Shown piece by piece: positions 1-11,998 of a stretch of DNA of 64,000 nt. The translations under genes were made by a program, and so were the position numbers. The notes beneath the pieces were generated by a model, which worked only from the letters and a program-made list of their open reading frames with translations, did not search any database and was not told where the DNA came from. Location of the stretch: positions 2,437,481-2,501,480 of the forward strand of contig MU004232.1 in NCBI GenBank assembly GCA_010405405.1. Direction: 5' to 3'. Positions within the stretch are counted from its first letter, which is position 1. Each line of letters opens with the position of its first letter. This DNA is from Microthyrium microscopicum. Its lineage: Eukaryota.

Positions 1-13
1 ATGAAATACATAC

Positions 14-80
14 CTTTGACAGACGAAGAATCCTGTCTACCCAAGGAACCTTTGTTCCGGGCACCGCGTTTGCCGCGCAT
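14..80 (-). CDS. First coding exon (MRGKRGARNKGSLGRQDSSSVK) of a gene running off the left edge; product unknown
   Basis: ATG at 80 in GCCACCATG context, 22 open codons, then a GTATGT donor at 13; long pyrimidine-rich leader upstream on the minus strand. Confidence 0.55.
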
Positions 81-86
81 GGTGGC

Positions 87-422
87 CTTGATGGTTAGTT
101 GACACTTGGGCTTCGTCAGCTTTCCAAGTTTTTGCTTTGCGGATACGGTAGGCACGGGCTTGGCTCTTCAAAGGAGTGTGGAGAGCAGAAGTGCAAAGTC
201 AACCGCAAGAAATATTCAGATATGGCGTCAAAAGACGCTGCCTCAAATGGACAGGTCGCTTGAGGTTGAAAGCGTAGTGATAAACATTTGAGGGATTTGG
301 TATTGGTGTTGTGAAGGGAGGAAGCTGAAACAGAACCGCCACGGATTTGCAAGAGCATGTAAAGAAGGATAACAAACAAGTGTTGCTAAAAACAGAGCAA
401 ACATAGAAAGATGAAAACTTAC
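87..422 (-). other. Probable 336-nt 5'UTR intron of the left-edge gene
   Basis: GTAAGT donor at 422; ACTAAC branch followed by CATCAAG acceptor ending at 87, directly before GCCACCATG. Confidence 0.45.
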
Positions 423-1452
423 AGTCAGACTCTTTGATGAAAATTCTCGAAGGAAATGAAGCGAGAAAAGGTCGGCAGAATCGGGATCTGAGTCGATCTT
501 ATGTTGGCAGGCAGTGCTTCTTACAGGTGCGGCGATAACACGTAGTAGTTCATTCCAACCAACGGATGAAAGAAGTGACAGTGAAAACGAACAGATAGAA
601 GATCTCTGGATTGTAGTGACGCCAGAGATTCCTTGTAAAAAAATTATGAGAGAGTAGAAAGGTGAAAGAGTGCTGGGCCAAGCAGCAAAATAGACGATGA
701 ATGCTCAGCCAGCGTGAGCACAAAAGGAGAGTGGAAAAGAGAAGTAAGTACAATAGCAAAAGCAGAGCTATTGAAGATATCGTATCCTGATCAGTGAGGA
801 TTGAACAAACAATTCATCTCCGTCTTAATCAGAAGACTCTGGACAGCAAGTCAGGGAGCAGCACGCGAATGATGGAAATGCGAAACCAATTCATCTCAAG
901 TTCCGTTGGCTGTCAGTCCACCAACCCTACCCTTGGCTGCGCTTTACCAAACAGGAAGTCTCTATGCAATATTGCACTTTTGCAGTAATACTACAAACAT
1001 CAATACTAAATTTATCTACGGATTGCATTTTGATTTTACAAATTTGATAGACTTGATTGCTTTATCTCTTGCTCGCAAAACTTTCTCCGGGCCTCAATAA
1101 GCCTTATTTCGGATTATTGCCATTGATGTAGTCGATGCAATTGCCTCACTTGGATCAAGATAGACAAAGCGGAAGGAACGCACTTAAAACTGGCAGGAAT
1201 CCCTGGTCATCCCTGTCTGTTTGTCTCTCTGCTATACCCTATTTGGTATAGCACCGCTATTCTATTTGCGTGTGATCCTCATATCATGAAAAAATATCGA
1301 TCGTTGTCGTACATTTTCGGCTATGTCCCAAAGGTGACATGCCTAATAATCCCGAATATCCAGACTCCAGTGTATATGGAGATCCAGAAGCGCAGTACCT
1401 ATTATCATACATTTTGCACCACACTTACAACACCTTGCGTACAAACAGCAAT

Positions 1453-4022
1453 CTATAATTCATCCTTTGGCCCGTCATTTGACAAGTCTGGCATGGCCAT
1501 CATCTTGACCGTCAGGCTTGTCCAACCTGTAAAGTGCTGTGTCCGCTGTCCTTCACCTGTCTCGGGATTGTACTGCTCCCATGCAAATCCTGTAGAATCC
1601 CACGCCTTGGACACTGTGGAGACCAAGTTCTTTCGGAGTGAAATGTATACTTCCTTTGCCCGGGCTTGATTCGGGCCTTTGGTTTGTGCAACCTCCTATT
1701 GAAACTGTTAGCAGAGTGTCTGATCAATCAGTATAACGTCTAGATACTTACCAGAAGGCGCTGAAGAATTAGATAGTTCATGTTGATCCAGATCGGACTT
1801 CGCCAATAGTTCTCCGCAGAACCATAATGTTCATCACTTTTGCTCAGACTACGTATTCCATAGTCGCTCCATAACTCATTTGGATCTGAGATGACAGCGA
1901 GTAGCTTTGCGATCTTGGGATCCTCTGGTTTCATCAAACCGACCATGAATGGGAAGAGTGAAATGTAGCCTTTGTGGCAAACATGAACATCTTCCTCGTA
2001 CTGATCTATCGTAGCATCACAATATACGCCTGCTCTCTCGTCCCAATGTAATTCATCGAGATTCTTGATAATGGCTTCTTCTTGCTTGCCAATCTTTTTC
2101 GCATCGTCTTTCTCTCCAATGAAGGTGGCAATCTTGCGAAGTGACTGAGCCATGAGTCCAATCCAGCTCATGGCATCGACGTGTAGCTCGCCAGGATGAG
2201 GTGGTTGTGCCCGTGGATAATCATCGAGACCAGATGGAAGACAATGGGTGGGTGTGCGTCCTCGCCAGCGATATCCTTCTTTGCTGGAGAATGCTTCGCG
2301 GTCGTATGTTTCGATCTCTCCTTGTTGAGTTCGACGGAACCATTCATAGTGTCTCTTGAGAAGTGGATATAGCTCTGAAAGATACTTCTGTGCTGATTCC
2401 TTATTCAGTAGTAGTGAAGTCTTGTCTTTGTTGACATCTGATAGTGCCAATTTGTCGATGTATGTGGTAAGGATGAGGAACAGAGTTGGCGGATTGGCAT
2501 AGTGAGGATATTGTACCTGGAACTCCTGAGGGACTTTGCTGCGAGCCTCTTCACCTAAAATCTGCTCTCGTGCAATCCAGCCATCCTCATCAATGAGCTT
2601 GAACCAGCTTTGAACGATATTTAGCGCAAGGTCTACATCCCAGTCGAGTACAGGCATGAGATGGAAACCTTCATCCCATAGGAAACCTCGTGGAAAGAAC
2701 GGACGTGAAGGAATACTGGTGAATAACTCAACCGGCTCCTCTCTTTTTGGAACGACGCGCGATCTTGCGTCTGCTGTTTCGTCCCAAAATCCTTCGTTTT
2801 CCTCTTCATATTCAGGGGCGTACGAGCGATCAGAAACCCAGTCGCCATGGAAGTATCCGATACCACCGAGGAGATTGGAGAACAGAGCTTTGGACATTTC
2901 CAAGTACTTGTCGCCTTTGAAAGGCGCTTGAGGTTGGAATAGCTGCTCGAACTTCTTGTCAAAGGATTTGACAACTGTATTGATATCGGTGGTTAATTCT
3001 TCAACAGTCAGGGCCTTGCTTGATTCGGCTGAGCTGAAAACAACATCAAACTCGAATGCTCCTTCAAATACTTTCTGTACAAATTGCTGGTTACCAACAC
3101 CTGGTTTGTTGTTTAAAGTGAAGAATTGGAATGGAGGAGGTAGGTTATCGTTGCCCCATCTTTCGATCTGAGGGTCTATCGCGAGCTTGAGTTGAGAGAA
3201 GAGGATAGCTAGAAATGTTAGAAACGAAGATGATGATATTCCGAGAAGTCTTACGTCGAGTCTGCCAGAGCTGTTCTGCACCAAAGGTAGAAGTGGCCAC
3301 AAATGTTCTGTCCAATGGCTTCTCTTCAGCACTAGGATGAGTATGCATCGGCCGCTTTCCCTTCCCCTCTGTGACTGTAATTTTGTATTGCCCCAGGGTA
3401 GGGTCTTCTCCTTTGATAACAACATCTCCCTCCAAGCCTTTGGTATCTTGAAGTAGTTTTGGGTCCCCATCAACCTCCAACCCACCCAGACCGCTGGTGC
3501 TGGGTGAGGCTATGGAGAACACCACAGTAGACTTTAAATCTTCAGGAGCACCGGGTCTTGGTGTGCCTTTGATTCGTACAGCCCAGGTACCACCATTCTC
3601 GCCATCCGATGTATCCTTGACAAATGATGTTGTTATATCGATCTCATTTCCAGCATCGTGTATGGTTTGGATTCCACCGGTTCGAGGGTCATATCGATCC
3701 CAGCCATAACCGGCCATACCAGCATGTTGTTCGCACGTATATCGGAAATCTATACACCCAATGGTTAGAACTGGGACGTGATCTTTTAGGAATTGGAAGA
3801 CTTGCTATGTTGCACCGATTCGTAATCCTCCACTTTACTCCAGAGTAAACCCATCTGCAATCCATCTGGAGTTCGCGGCCGGATACCAAAATAGAGATTT
3901 GGTCTGTATGCGCCCCAAAAGAGCGATTGATTCGTAGCGCGTTCATAATCCTCCAGGTCGACACACGTCGCAAATGTTATCACAGTGCTTACTAGCACTA
4001 GAAACCTCAATAACGCCGCCAT
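1453..4022 (-). CDS. CWH41: Mannosyl-oligosaccharide glucosidase I (GH63); exons 4022-3806, 3749-3255, 3208-1752, 1695-1453
   Basis: Motifs WGAYRPNLYFG, FRYTCEQ, PSRPFFPRGFLWDEGFH, SGLDDYPR, WEQYNPETG and HFTGWT; N-terminal hydrophobic segment; C-terminal KDEL; splice phases consistent. Confidence 0.95.
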
Positions 4023-4712
4023 GATTGACACTGTACAAGCGTCGGAAGAGACAAGGAGAATCCCACAAGGAGGCTGCCTCTTTCTTCTCGTCTAAGAACA
4101 CGTTCACTGTTGAATTCATGATCCACGATTCAGCCAATCAGGGCCCAAAAATCCCGCCAAACTTGAGCTGACCTGCATTTTGCGCTAGCGTCGGCAAAAT
4201 AACAGGTCCCTTCAGATATCGTTCAGAAATCCAAGTCGCCATCATAGCATCTCCCTTCCATATAGATTATCAACTCTGAGATTGACGACTGCTTTCATGT
4301 CTTTATCGTTGAGTTCGACATCTTATTCACCTTCACCCGCGGATGGCTTTTCTCCCATCAACTGCGACCGCTACCATCGTATTTCATATAGAGAGGATAC
4401 TGTTCTTCCCAACGTACCTGATAAATCTTCCGTTCTTCTACAAACTCGATGGAAAGAAAGATAACTTGTCATGAAAACGAATCTCGATGGCAATCAGCGA
4501 AGCAGATGAAGGCATAACAATTATTTCTAAATTCTGCATTTGCATTGAAAATGAAGACGAAGATAATATGCAGACGCCATTGATCAGAGGTCTTATCTAA
4601 TCTACTGTCCAGGATCTAGTACGCTAGCATTGTTTTTTAGATTTAATCGTCTGCGATTTGCATCGCCCATATAATCAGCTGGTAACCATCGACTGTTATA
4701 TATGAGATCATC

Positions 4713-7052
4713 ATGCCGAGATCTAGTATTCTGAGTTCTATAGATCGCGAGGTCTATCAGATGGTCAAAAAATATCAGACCGCCAACCCAACTGCCGAAT
4801 TAAAAACACCTCTACTCTACTCCTTCATCCAGTCTTCCAATTCCCCACTCCGTCGCCGCCCAAAGCAGGTGGTAGAAACCAGCCTAGATCAAATCCTCTT
4901 TCTACAAAATCAGCCGGAGCCGGTAGAAGAAGTCGCAATGGCCTCGGAAAGAAATAATTCCAGGCCTATCAATCGGCCGATCACCTCCACAGGAAAAGTG
5001 GCGTCTGCGCCGGGAGAACGGCCATCAAAAAGAGTGAAGAGAAAGCAAGAAGTCCAAGATAGCATTGCGGACCAAAGCTACAGTCTCTATGATCTTGGTG
5101 GTCTTGATGAGACCATGGCTCGCCTAAGAAGGCTTATGTTTCCACTTGTAGCACCACAAGCATTTTCCCAGACTAATGCGCCTTACACAAAAGGCATTCT
5201 TCTCCATGGGCCTCCTGGATGTGGCAAAACAGCTCTCTGTAAAGCGCTAGCAGCAGCAAGCAACCTTCCTTTTGTGGAAATTCAAAGCCCTTCAGTGGTA
5301 TCTGGCATGTCAGGAGAATCCGAGCAAAACATCCGCGAGAAGTTTGAAGAAGCAAAGCGATTGGCTCCATCCATCATATTTATAGATGAAATTGATGCCA
5401 TTGCTCCAAAGCGGGAGTCATCACAGAGTCAAATGGAGAAAAGAATGGTAACTCAACTTCTCTTGTCCATGGATGGTCTTGCCGTACGCAGTGAAGACGA
5501 TAAGCCGGTGCTGGTTCTCGCGGCAACGAACCGACCAGATAGCATCGATCCTGCTCTAAGAAGAGGTGGGAGGTTTGGACATGAGATTAACATGGTAGTA
5601 CCGAACGAACCGATGCGAGAGGACATTCTCAAAGCATTGACACGAAATACCCAATTATCCGAAGATTTGGATCTCAAAACACTTGCGAAGATGACCGCAG
5701 GCTTTGTTGGTGCTGATTTGCAGGAACTGGTCGCCGGAGCGTGGGCAGAACGCATGGAAGAGGTAAGAAAATTCCTGATGCAAAATCATGCCATGTTTCC
5801 ATCGACGTCGATGGCTACCATCATCTTCTGTAAAAACCAAGTGTTTTGTTTGCCATCGCATGCGATATATTCACGAATCTCGATCGCATCCGATGGTAAG
5901 ATAAGCACTTGATGAGAAAGCGTAATTCATGGGAGACAGAGCACTGCATGGGACCACGACACTTTTTGGTACATGAAACCCGAAGCTAATAGTTTGTAGT
6001 ATACCATATCTCTTGAGCAAGAATCCATGGCGGATCCCACAGACACAGAGATGGACATAGATCCAACTCCAGCAAACGATCGCGCGAAGTCCTCGGAAGC
6101 ACGCATAACGTACAATTTCTTTCAACGTATGCAAGATTCGTCTAGACCGCCACCCGATATCAGCGCTCTCTCACTGGATATGAACTCTTTCCGAAAAGCA
6201 TTCCTCAAGATCGTCCCGTCTTCAAAGCGAGAAGGCTTTGCAACCGTGCCAGACACCACTTGGGCAGATATTGGAGCTCTAGAGGATGTTCGAAAAGAGC
6301 TCAACGATGCCATTGTTCGTCCCATTAAGATGCCAGAAGTATACAAAGATTTTGGCATCAAAGCTCCTACTGGAGTGCTACTATGGGGTCCACCAGGCTG
6401 TGGCAAGACATTACTCGCCAAAGCCGTCGCAAACGAGTCAAAAGCAAACTTCATCAGCGTCAAAGGTCCAGAACTGTTCAACAAATACCTCGGCGAATCC
6501 GAGAGAGCGGTCCGGCAGCTGTTCAACCGTGCCCGCTCATCAGTACCATGTGTCCTGTTCTTCGACGAGTTTGATGCTCTTGTGCCAAACCGCGATAGTG
6601 GAAGCGGTAATGAAGCCAGCTCGCGGGTGGTCAACATGCTTCTTACTGAGCTTGACGGCCTCGTGGGAAGAGAAGGCATATACGTAATCGCTGCGACAAA
6701 TCGACCTGACATTATCGACCCTGCTATGCTTCGCCCAGGACGCTTGGAGAAGATCATTTCAATTGGATTGCCCAAACCCGAAGAACGAGTTACCATCCTA
6801 CGTACGCTATTATCTCAGACAAAGATCGACCAATCGCTGTCTCATTTTGCATCTCGAGACGACTGTGCCAACTTCAGTGGTGCGGATCTCGCAGCACTGC
6901 TTCGACAGGCGGTTCATGGGGCCATTGAGAGGGAATCGCGCATCGTGGAGCTGCCAGACTTCGAGAAAGCCATCCAAATGGTTAACCCTTCGGTGAAGGA
7001 TTCTGCGGTTTACGAGCGCATGAAACGGAAACTATCCAAAAATGCGGGATGA
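4713..7052 (+). CDS. RIX7: Type II AAA+ ATPase of 60S biogenesis (Rix7/NVL); exons 4713-5762 and 6000-7052
   Basis: Two AAA modules (GPPGCGKT twice; FIDEID and FFDEFD), SGMSGESE and PSSKREGFAT motifs typical of Rix7/NVL; phase-0 intron 5763-5999. Confidence 0.92.
5838..5911 (+). other. Intronic stem-loop: 29-nt arms (26 paired, including G-U) and a 16-nt loop
   Basis: CAAGTGTTTTGTTTGCCATCGCATGCGAT (5838-5866) pairs with ATCGCATCCGATGGTAAGATAAGCACTTG (5883-5911). Confidence 0.8.
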
Positions 7053-7946
7053 ATAGGCGTCTCTTGCTGAATTTTGGTGGAAAAAGTCAGCATACTTCAA
7101 AAGTATCATATAACGTCTGTGAATGAGTCGTTGTGTATTGATAGAAATCATGCTGAAATATATCATTGCAATGGCTGCCATTGGCCCATCAAGTGCGGTG
7201 TCTACCATGTACTACGCTCTATTACGAGGTGCTTTATCTCCCAGCGAATCTACTAGAAGCCGGACGCTTTATCGAATTCGCTGGGAAGTAAGGCATGTTC
7301 TCGATATATAAGGCGGTGGTAGCCATCGTAGCTGCTGGAAGCTTGTGGTGTTCCGTCCATCGGTTGGGATTTGAATATTTGTGAACATATTATCTTATGC
7401 ACAGGTAGTAGTCGGAGCATTTTCGAATCTTTGCATACGATGCGATGGTCGCCATCGTGGTTGCTGGCAAAGATGATGGAGGAAGTTAAGATAAAAGTGA
7501 ATCTAACCTGATTGGGAATGAAGCTTCAAGGTTGCCTGCATTTGCCCTTTGGTGACAGCTCGAGCTGTCAATCCATCTCCACAACCTCCCAACCCATTTG
7601 GAGCCATTGTCCTCTAGAGTCAATTCCCTACCACTGGTGCTCTCTTTTCCACTCTACTGAGGCCCGACCAAAGCCTCACCTCCCTTGGCGCAATCTCCAC
7701 AAGCTTCCAGTTCAAAGGTAGTTCATATCTCATTCCAAGGCCGCTCCCAATACCCAGCTGGACACCATCCAAGTTCCCCTCATTTGTTCAGTCCCCTATT
7801 CTATCTTAGCCCCGCTCTCACGGCTTCTTATATCCTTCTTTCTTTTAGCATTGGCTTCCGTTTCAAGCCTCAGAGCTTGGGGTCACGCATTGTTCACCAC
7901 CTTACGCGTCGGTCGCATCCAAACTAAGTCTCCTCTCCTTCTCATC

Positions 7947-9080
7947 ATGTCTTCTGGGAAACGCAAACGAGCTAGTGACACCAAAAAGTTCTACTCTGTT
8001 AGAATTGGCAAATCCCCAGGAATCTATCATTCATGGGACGATTGTCTGTCACAGGTGAAGGGACAAAAGGGTGCTGTTTGTACGTGCTCGTTTGGGATCC
8101 AAGCCATTCACCATATCTAATGTTTTGCAGACAAGTCATTCACCTCGCTCACCGAAGCCGAAAACTTCCTTACCTCCAAAATGCCCCTGCGCTCCTCTGG
8201 TCCACAAAAGTTCTATGCGGTTCGTCGTGGTCACGAGCCTGGCGTATACAATGACTGGCCTTCTGCTCAGAAGCAAATAGCCGGCTTTCAGAAGGCACGA
8301 CACAAAAGTTTCCAGACTCGTTATGAAGCAGAAGAATTTGTTCGTGCCTTGTCTCCTGATGTAACTGCTGGCGAACCTGCTGCAAAGAAGCGCAAGGGCT
8401 CAGAGAACGCTACGCTGATCGAATTACCCGCCGGTCTAGGTCCTCTTCCACCAGATGCGGAAGATGGCTTCGATCATACAATCACACTTGATCCACAAAC
8501 TGGCTTACCGCGCAAGAAAACCGATGCCGAGTTGCGCTCCCTGAGGGCTGTGAGTCGCGAAGGTCCTGCCTCCTCCAAAGTCCTACAGATATGGACAGAT
8601 GGTGCTTGCCGCGCAAATGGCACAGCAAACGCTCGAGCTGGTGTGGGCGTCTTCTTTGGGCCTAATGATAATCGCAACCTAGCAGAAAAACTGCCAGGCG
8701 AACGACAAACCAACCAACGCGCTGAGCTAACAGCCATCAAACGAGCGCTGGACATCTGTCCTATGAATCAATCGTGCTTCATCTGGTCGGATAGCAAATA
8801 TGCTATCCAATGCGTTACCGTTTGGTTCCAGGCATGGGAGAGGAATAACTGGAAGAGCAGCAAAGGAAAGGCCGTCGATAATAAGGATATCATAGAAGAG
8901 ATCTTGTCACGTATTCGAGATCGCGAGAAATGCAAAGCCAAGACACAGTTCGAATGGGTGAAGGGTCATGGAGGTTCTGAAGAGAACGAGAGAGCTGACA
9001 AACTGGCCGTTAAGGGTGCTATGGGGGCCAATGGTATTGTCATCAACGCGCCGGAAGAGGACGAACTGCAAAATGCGTAG
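7947..9080 (+). CDS. RNH1: Ribonuclease H1; exons 7947-8079 and 8131-9080
   Basis: Two N-terminal hybrid-binding repeats (KFYSVRIGKSPGIY, KFYAVRRGHEPGVY); catalytic motifs WTDGAC, TNQRAEL, SDSKY, WVKGH and NERADKLA. Confidence 0.93.
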
Positions 9081-9536
9081 GTCACTCCAGCTTTAGCATT
9101 ACCTTTTAGGACAAACGCGCAGCTCGACTCGGAGATCCGAGTATATTATTGCCCGTCTTGCCTCAATTGCTTTGCGTTGTGGCAATATGAGAACAATACT
9201 CGACCATCATGGACAGTGAACACCAGCGCTCTTCTTCAAATAAGAGATTGTATTATTCCCATAGTCTTCAATAAGTATCAAATGATGAGCATTTTGGATA
9301 GGAAACAAGCCACCCGTTACTAAATCCAGTGATTACAGACTATGTACTTGATCAATCATATTGTTCGCCGGTCGAGTCATTCGATCACGCTATTTTCGAG
9401 TAGCATATGAGCTGTATCCATAAGTGTATCGATAAATTTTTTTGGATTGCTACCCCAATACTCCATTGCGCACTAAACTAACAAAACTAACAACAGTACA
9501 GCACAAAAGGAAATCTCAACATGTTCCCCGAATCGC

Positions 9537-11998
9537 TCACACATCCACAGCTCGCAGACTAGCCCCTTTCTTCACAAGAAGGTCAAACAACTCCTGTATA
9601 TCCGCGGAATCGTACTTGTCCTTCACCATAGTCACAACGTCCAACGCACTTGCTGCAGGATCCCACTTATCTGCCACAATCAACCCATTGGGATCTGCTC
9701 CATGGTTGAGTAAGATCTTCATGATAGAAACCCATCTCTTAATACCACTATCGCTCTTATCAGATTTTTGAATCCAGTCTCTGCGGTCTGCTTCTCTGAC
9801 GTACTTCAAAGCGAGCAACCACGGCGTCTCATCAGGCCCAATCAAGGGCTTATACACAATGTTCGGATCTTCTCCATTCCTGAGCAACATTTCAATGAGC
9901 TTTGGCTCTGCGAGAGGGTACACAGTTTTTCGGCGGTTTACTAGATGCTCCAACGCGTGACTGAGAATGGGAATACCACCTTGGTAAGGATATTTTCCTG
10001 TCTGAAGTTCTGCGTCCAGGTATTGGTCCAATCCGAACTTCGCTGATAGGGACAGAAAGGGGTAGTGATACGGCGTGCGATGCTTCATGCGTATCTCGTA
10101 GCTTGAGAATGCATTGCGAGCCCAGTTATCCAGCGGGTCTTTCTTGGGGTGCCAGTACCAATCGAGAGAATCTTTGAAGTGGTCCAGCAGTTCTACCTGG
10201 AGACTAATAGATTTCTCAGATGAAAATTTGGCATGGGTCATTGCTGATACAACATCCGTCCACCATTCGTCCAGTCTTCTATGCCGTTCTGGATATTCCA
10301 AGGGCAGCCGGAGCAGAAGAACATGGGAGCGTAGCATCGCGATGTGAGGATCGAAGCTGTCGCCGGAGTGCTTGATCATATGCTCAAGACCGCCTGCATG
10401 ACGGAGAAAGTCTCTGACTGTACGATGGAGATATCCGATTCGGCTTCGAGCCAGAGTTTCAGCACTAACTGTGTCTCCGAATCGAGCTCGTGAGCGGTTG
10501 CCGTTGCGTCGTTCATTGCTTTGATGCGCTTGTATTAAGTCTGCGCAAAGGTCGTGAAGGACGTTCTTCATGGATTCACAAAGCTCAATGACTGCCTCGT
10601 CTCCTGGTTGGGCTACATCTGTAATAACAATGGTCTCTCCCTCGTCGGCAAGCGCTAGCTGGTACAGAGTGACCGAGTTTGAACTTTCGTCCCGGGTGAA
10701 ATCGCAGATGTCTTCTCTAGCTCGGAGAGTTTGAAAGATTCGAGACTGTTGTTGTAGCTCCTCGCTAGTCTTCGACTCGAAAAGGAGATGCCTGTAAAGG
10801 TCGCCCAGATCCACAGGAAAGGTAGCCAGCTTGACGAGAAGGTCAGCAACTGTATCTCCACCGTTGGTTCGTTCAATCAAGGTCTTAGTTGCCAATGTTG
10901 CCCACAGAAAGACACCATCTGCATTCTCTGTCATCTGTTTCTTCAATGCTTCTGCCTGCTCAGGCTCTTTCTTCAGAATTCGACGCATTTTCGGAGCGCC
11001 CTCCAAATCATTGTCGACATATTGTAGAATGTCTTCCTGGTTCAGTTCTTGGAGCTTCAATTGTGGAACATCTGCAAAAGATTCGTTGAAAACTTTCCAA
11101 GGTCGACTAGAGACACAAGCTTTAAAGTCAGGAGAAGAATGCACGATATGCTGCAACATTTGCACCATTTTGAGCTGGTCTCCTTCCAGTTCGTCAAGTC
11201 CGTCAATGAAGAAGCATATTTTCAGCTCTCCAGCAACTAGTTCGAGAAACTTCTGCAGTGCTGGCATCATCATTTCGACTGACCAAGGAATTGTTGCAGT
11301 CGCTCGGAGCTTGGTATCTTGATATTTCAACCACATTTCAGGGAAGATCTAATACTCGTTAGAATATATAACCATAAGAATGAGATACGTAGCAGCTCGA
11401 AGCTCGAACTTACCCATGGAATCGAATCCCTTCGTTGCTCAAGTAATTGATGCAAGAGAGCTCTCAACAATCCAGCATGCGACCTCTGTTCAATCGTTCC
11501 ACTCGTCCAGAAGAAAAATCGTACCAAAAGCAGAGGCTTCTCCGCTGCCCAACTCTTCAATTGCTCAATAGTTTTCGTATTTTCGAAAATATATCGTACA
11601 AGTGTCGACTTTCCAGAGCCTGGTTTGCCATTGATCCAGAACACATTCGATTCATTCTTGCCAAGCAGCCAATCGTTGAAGTTGTTCTTTACCTGGGGCA
11701 AGATATGATCGCCAGCATCTGCCGTCTCATTGGAGTTGAAAATCCAATCAAATGTTGCTGTGTGGGCCTCTTGAATCTCATCTTCTCTATCATTCATAGT
11801 CGTGAATGCCAGACTCTCAAGGAAGAAGGTTTGGACAATGCTTGCCATACCCTTACTCCTCAAGGTCTTTTGAATGGCATCATGGGTGTCCACAGCCTTG
11901 TCAGCGTCGGATGGCTCATCGGTCAAGGTCAAGTGTCTCAGCTTTGGTGCGCTCTTGTCGAACAGAGACTGCACTTTGCCTTTGCCCTTGCCGTACAT
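9537..11998 (-). CDS. NACHT (STAND) NTPase, fungal NLR-like protein with ankyrin-like C-terminal segments; exons 11998-11414 and 11348-9537
   Basis: Walker A FWINGKPGSGKST, Walker B FFIDGLDE, VSSRPW, ADGVFLW, YLHRTVRDFL; C-terminal LLRNGEDPN, LLNHGADPN and LVKKGASL; phase-0 intron 11349-11413. Confidence 0.85.

Noticed and set aside
5763..5999. TPP riboswitch, snR30/U17 or RNase P/MRP identity for the RIX7 intron
   Set aside because: Diagnostic conserved motifs were not found by eye
6122..6796. 224-aa antisense ORF in RIX7, and similar antisense or alternate-frame ORFs within dynein, TCP1, the NACHT gene and the PhoD-like gene
   Set aside because: Shadows of real coding sequence; no motifs or independent signals
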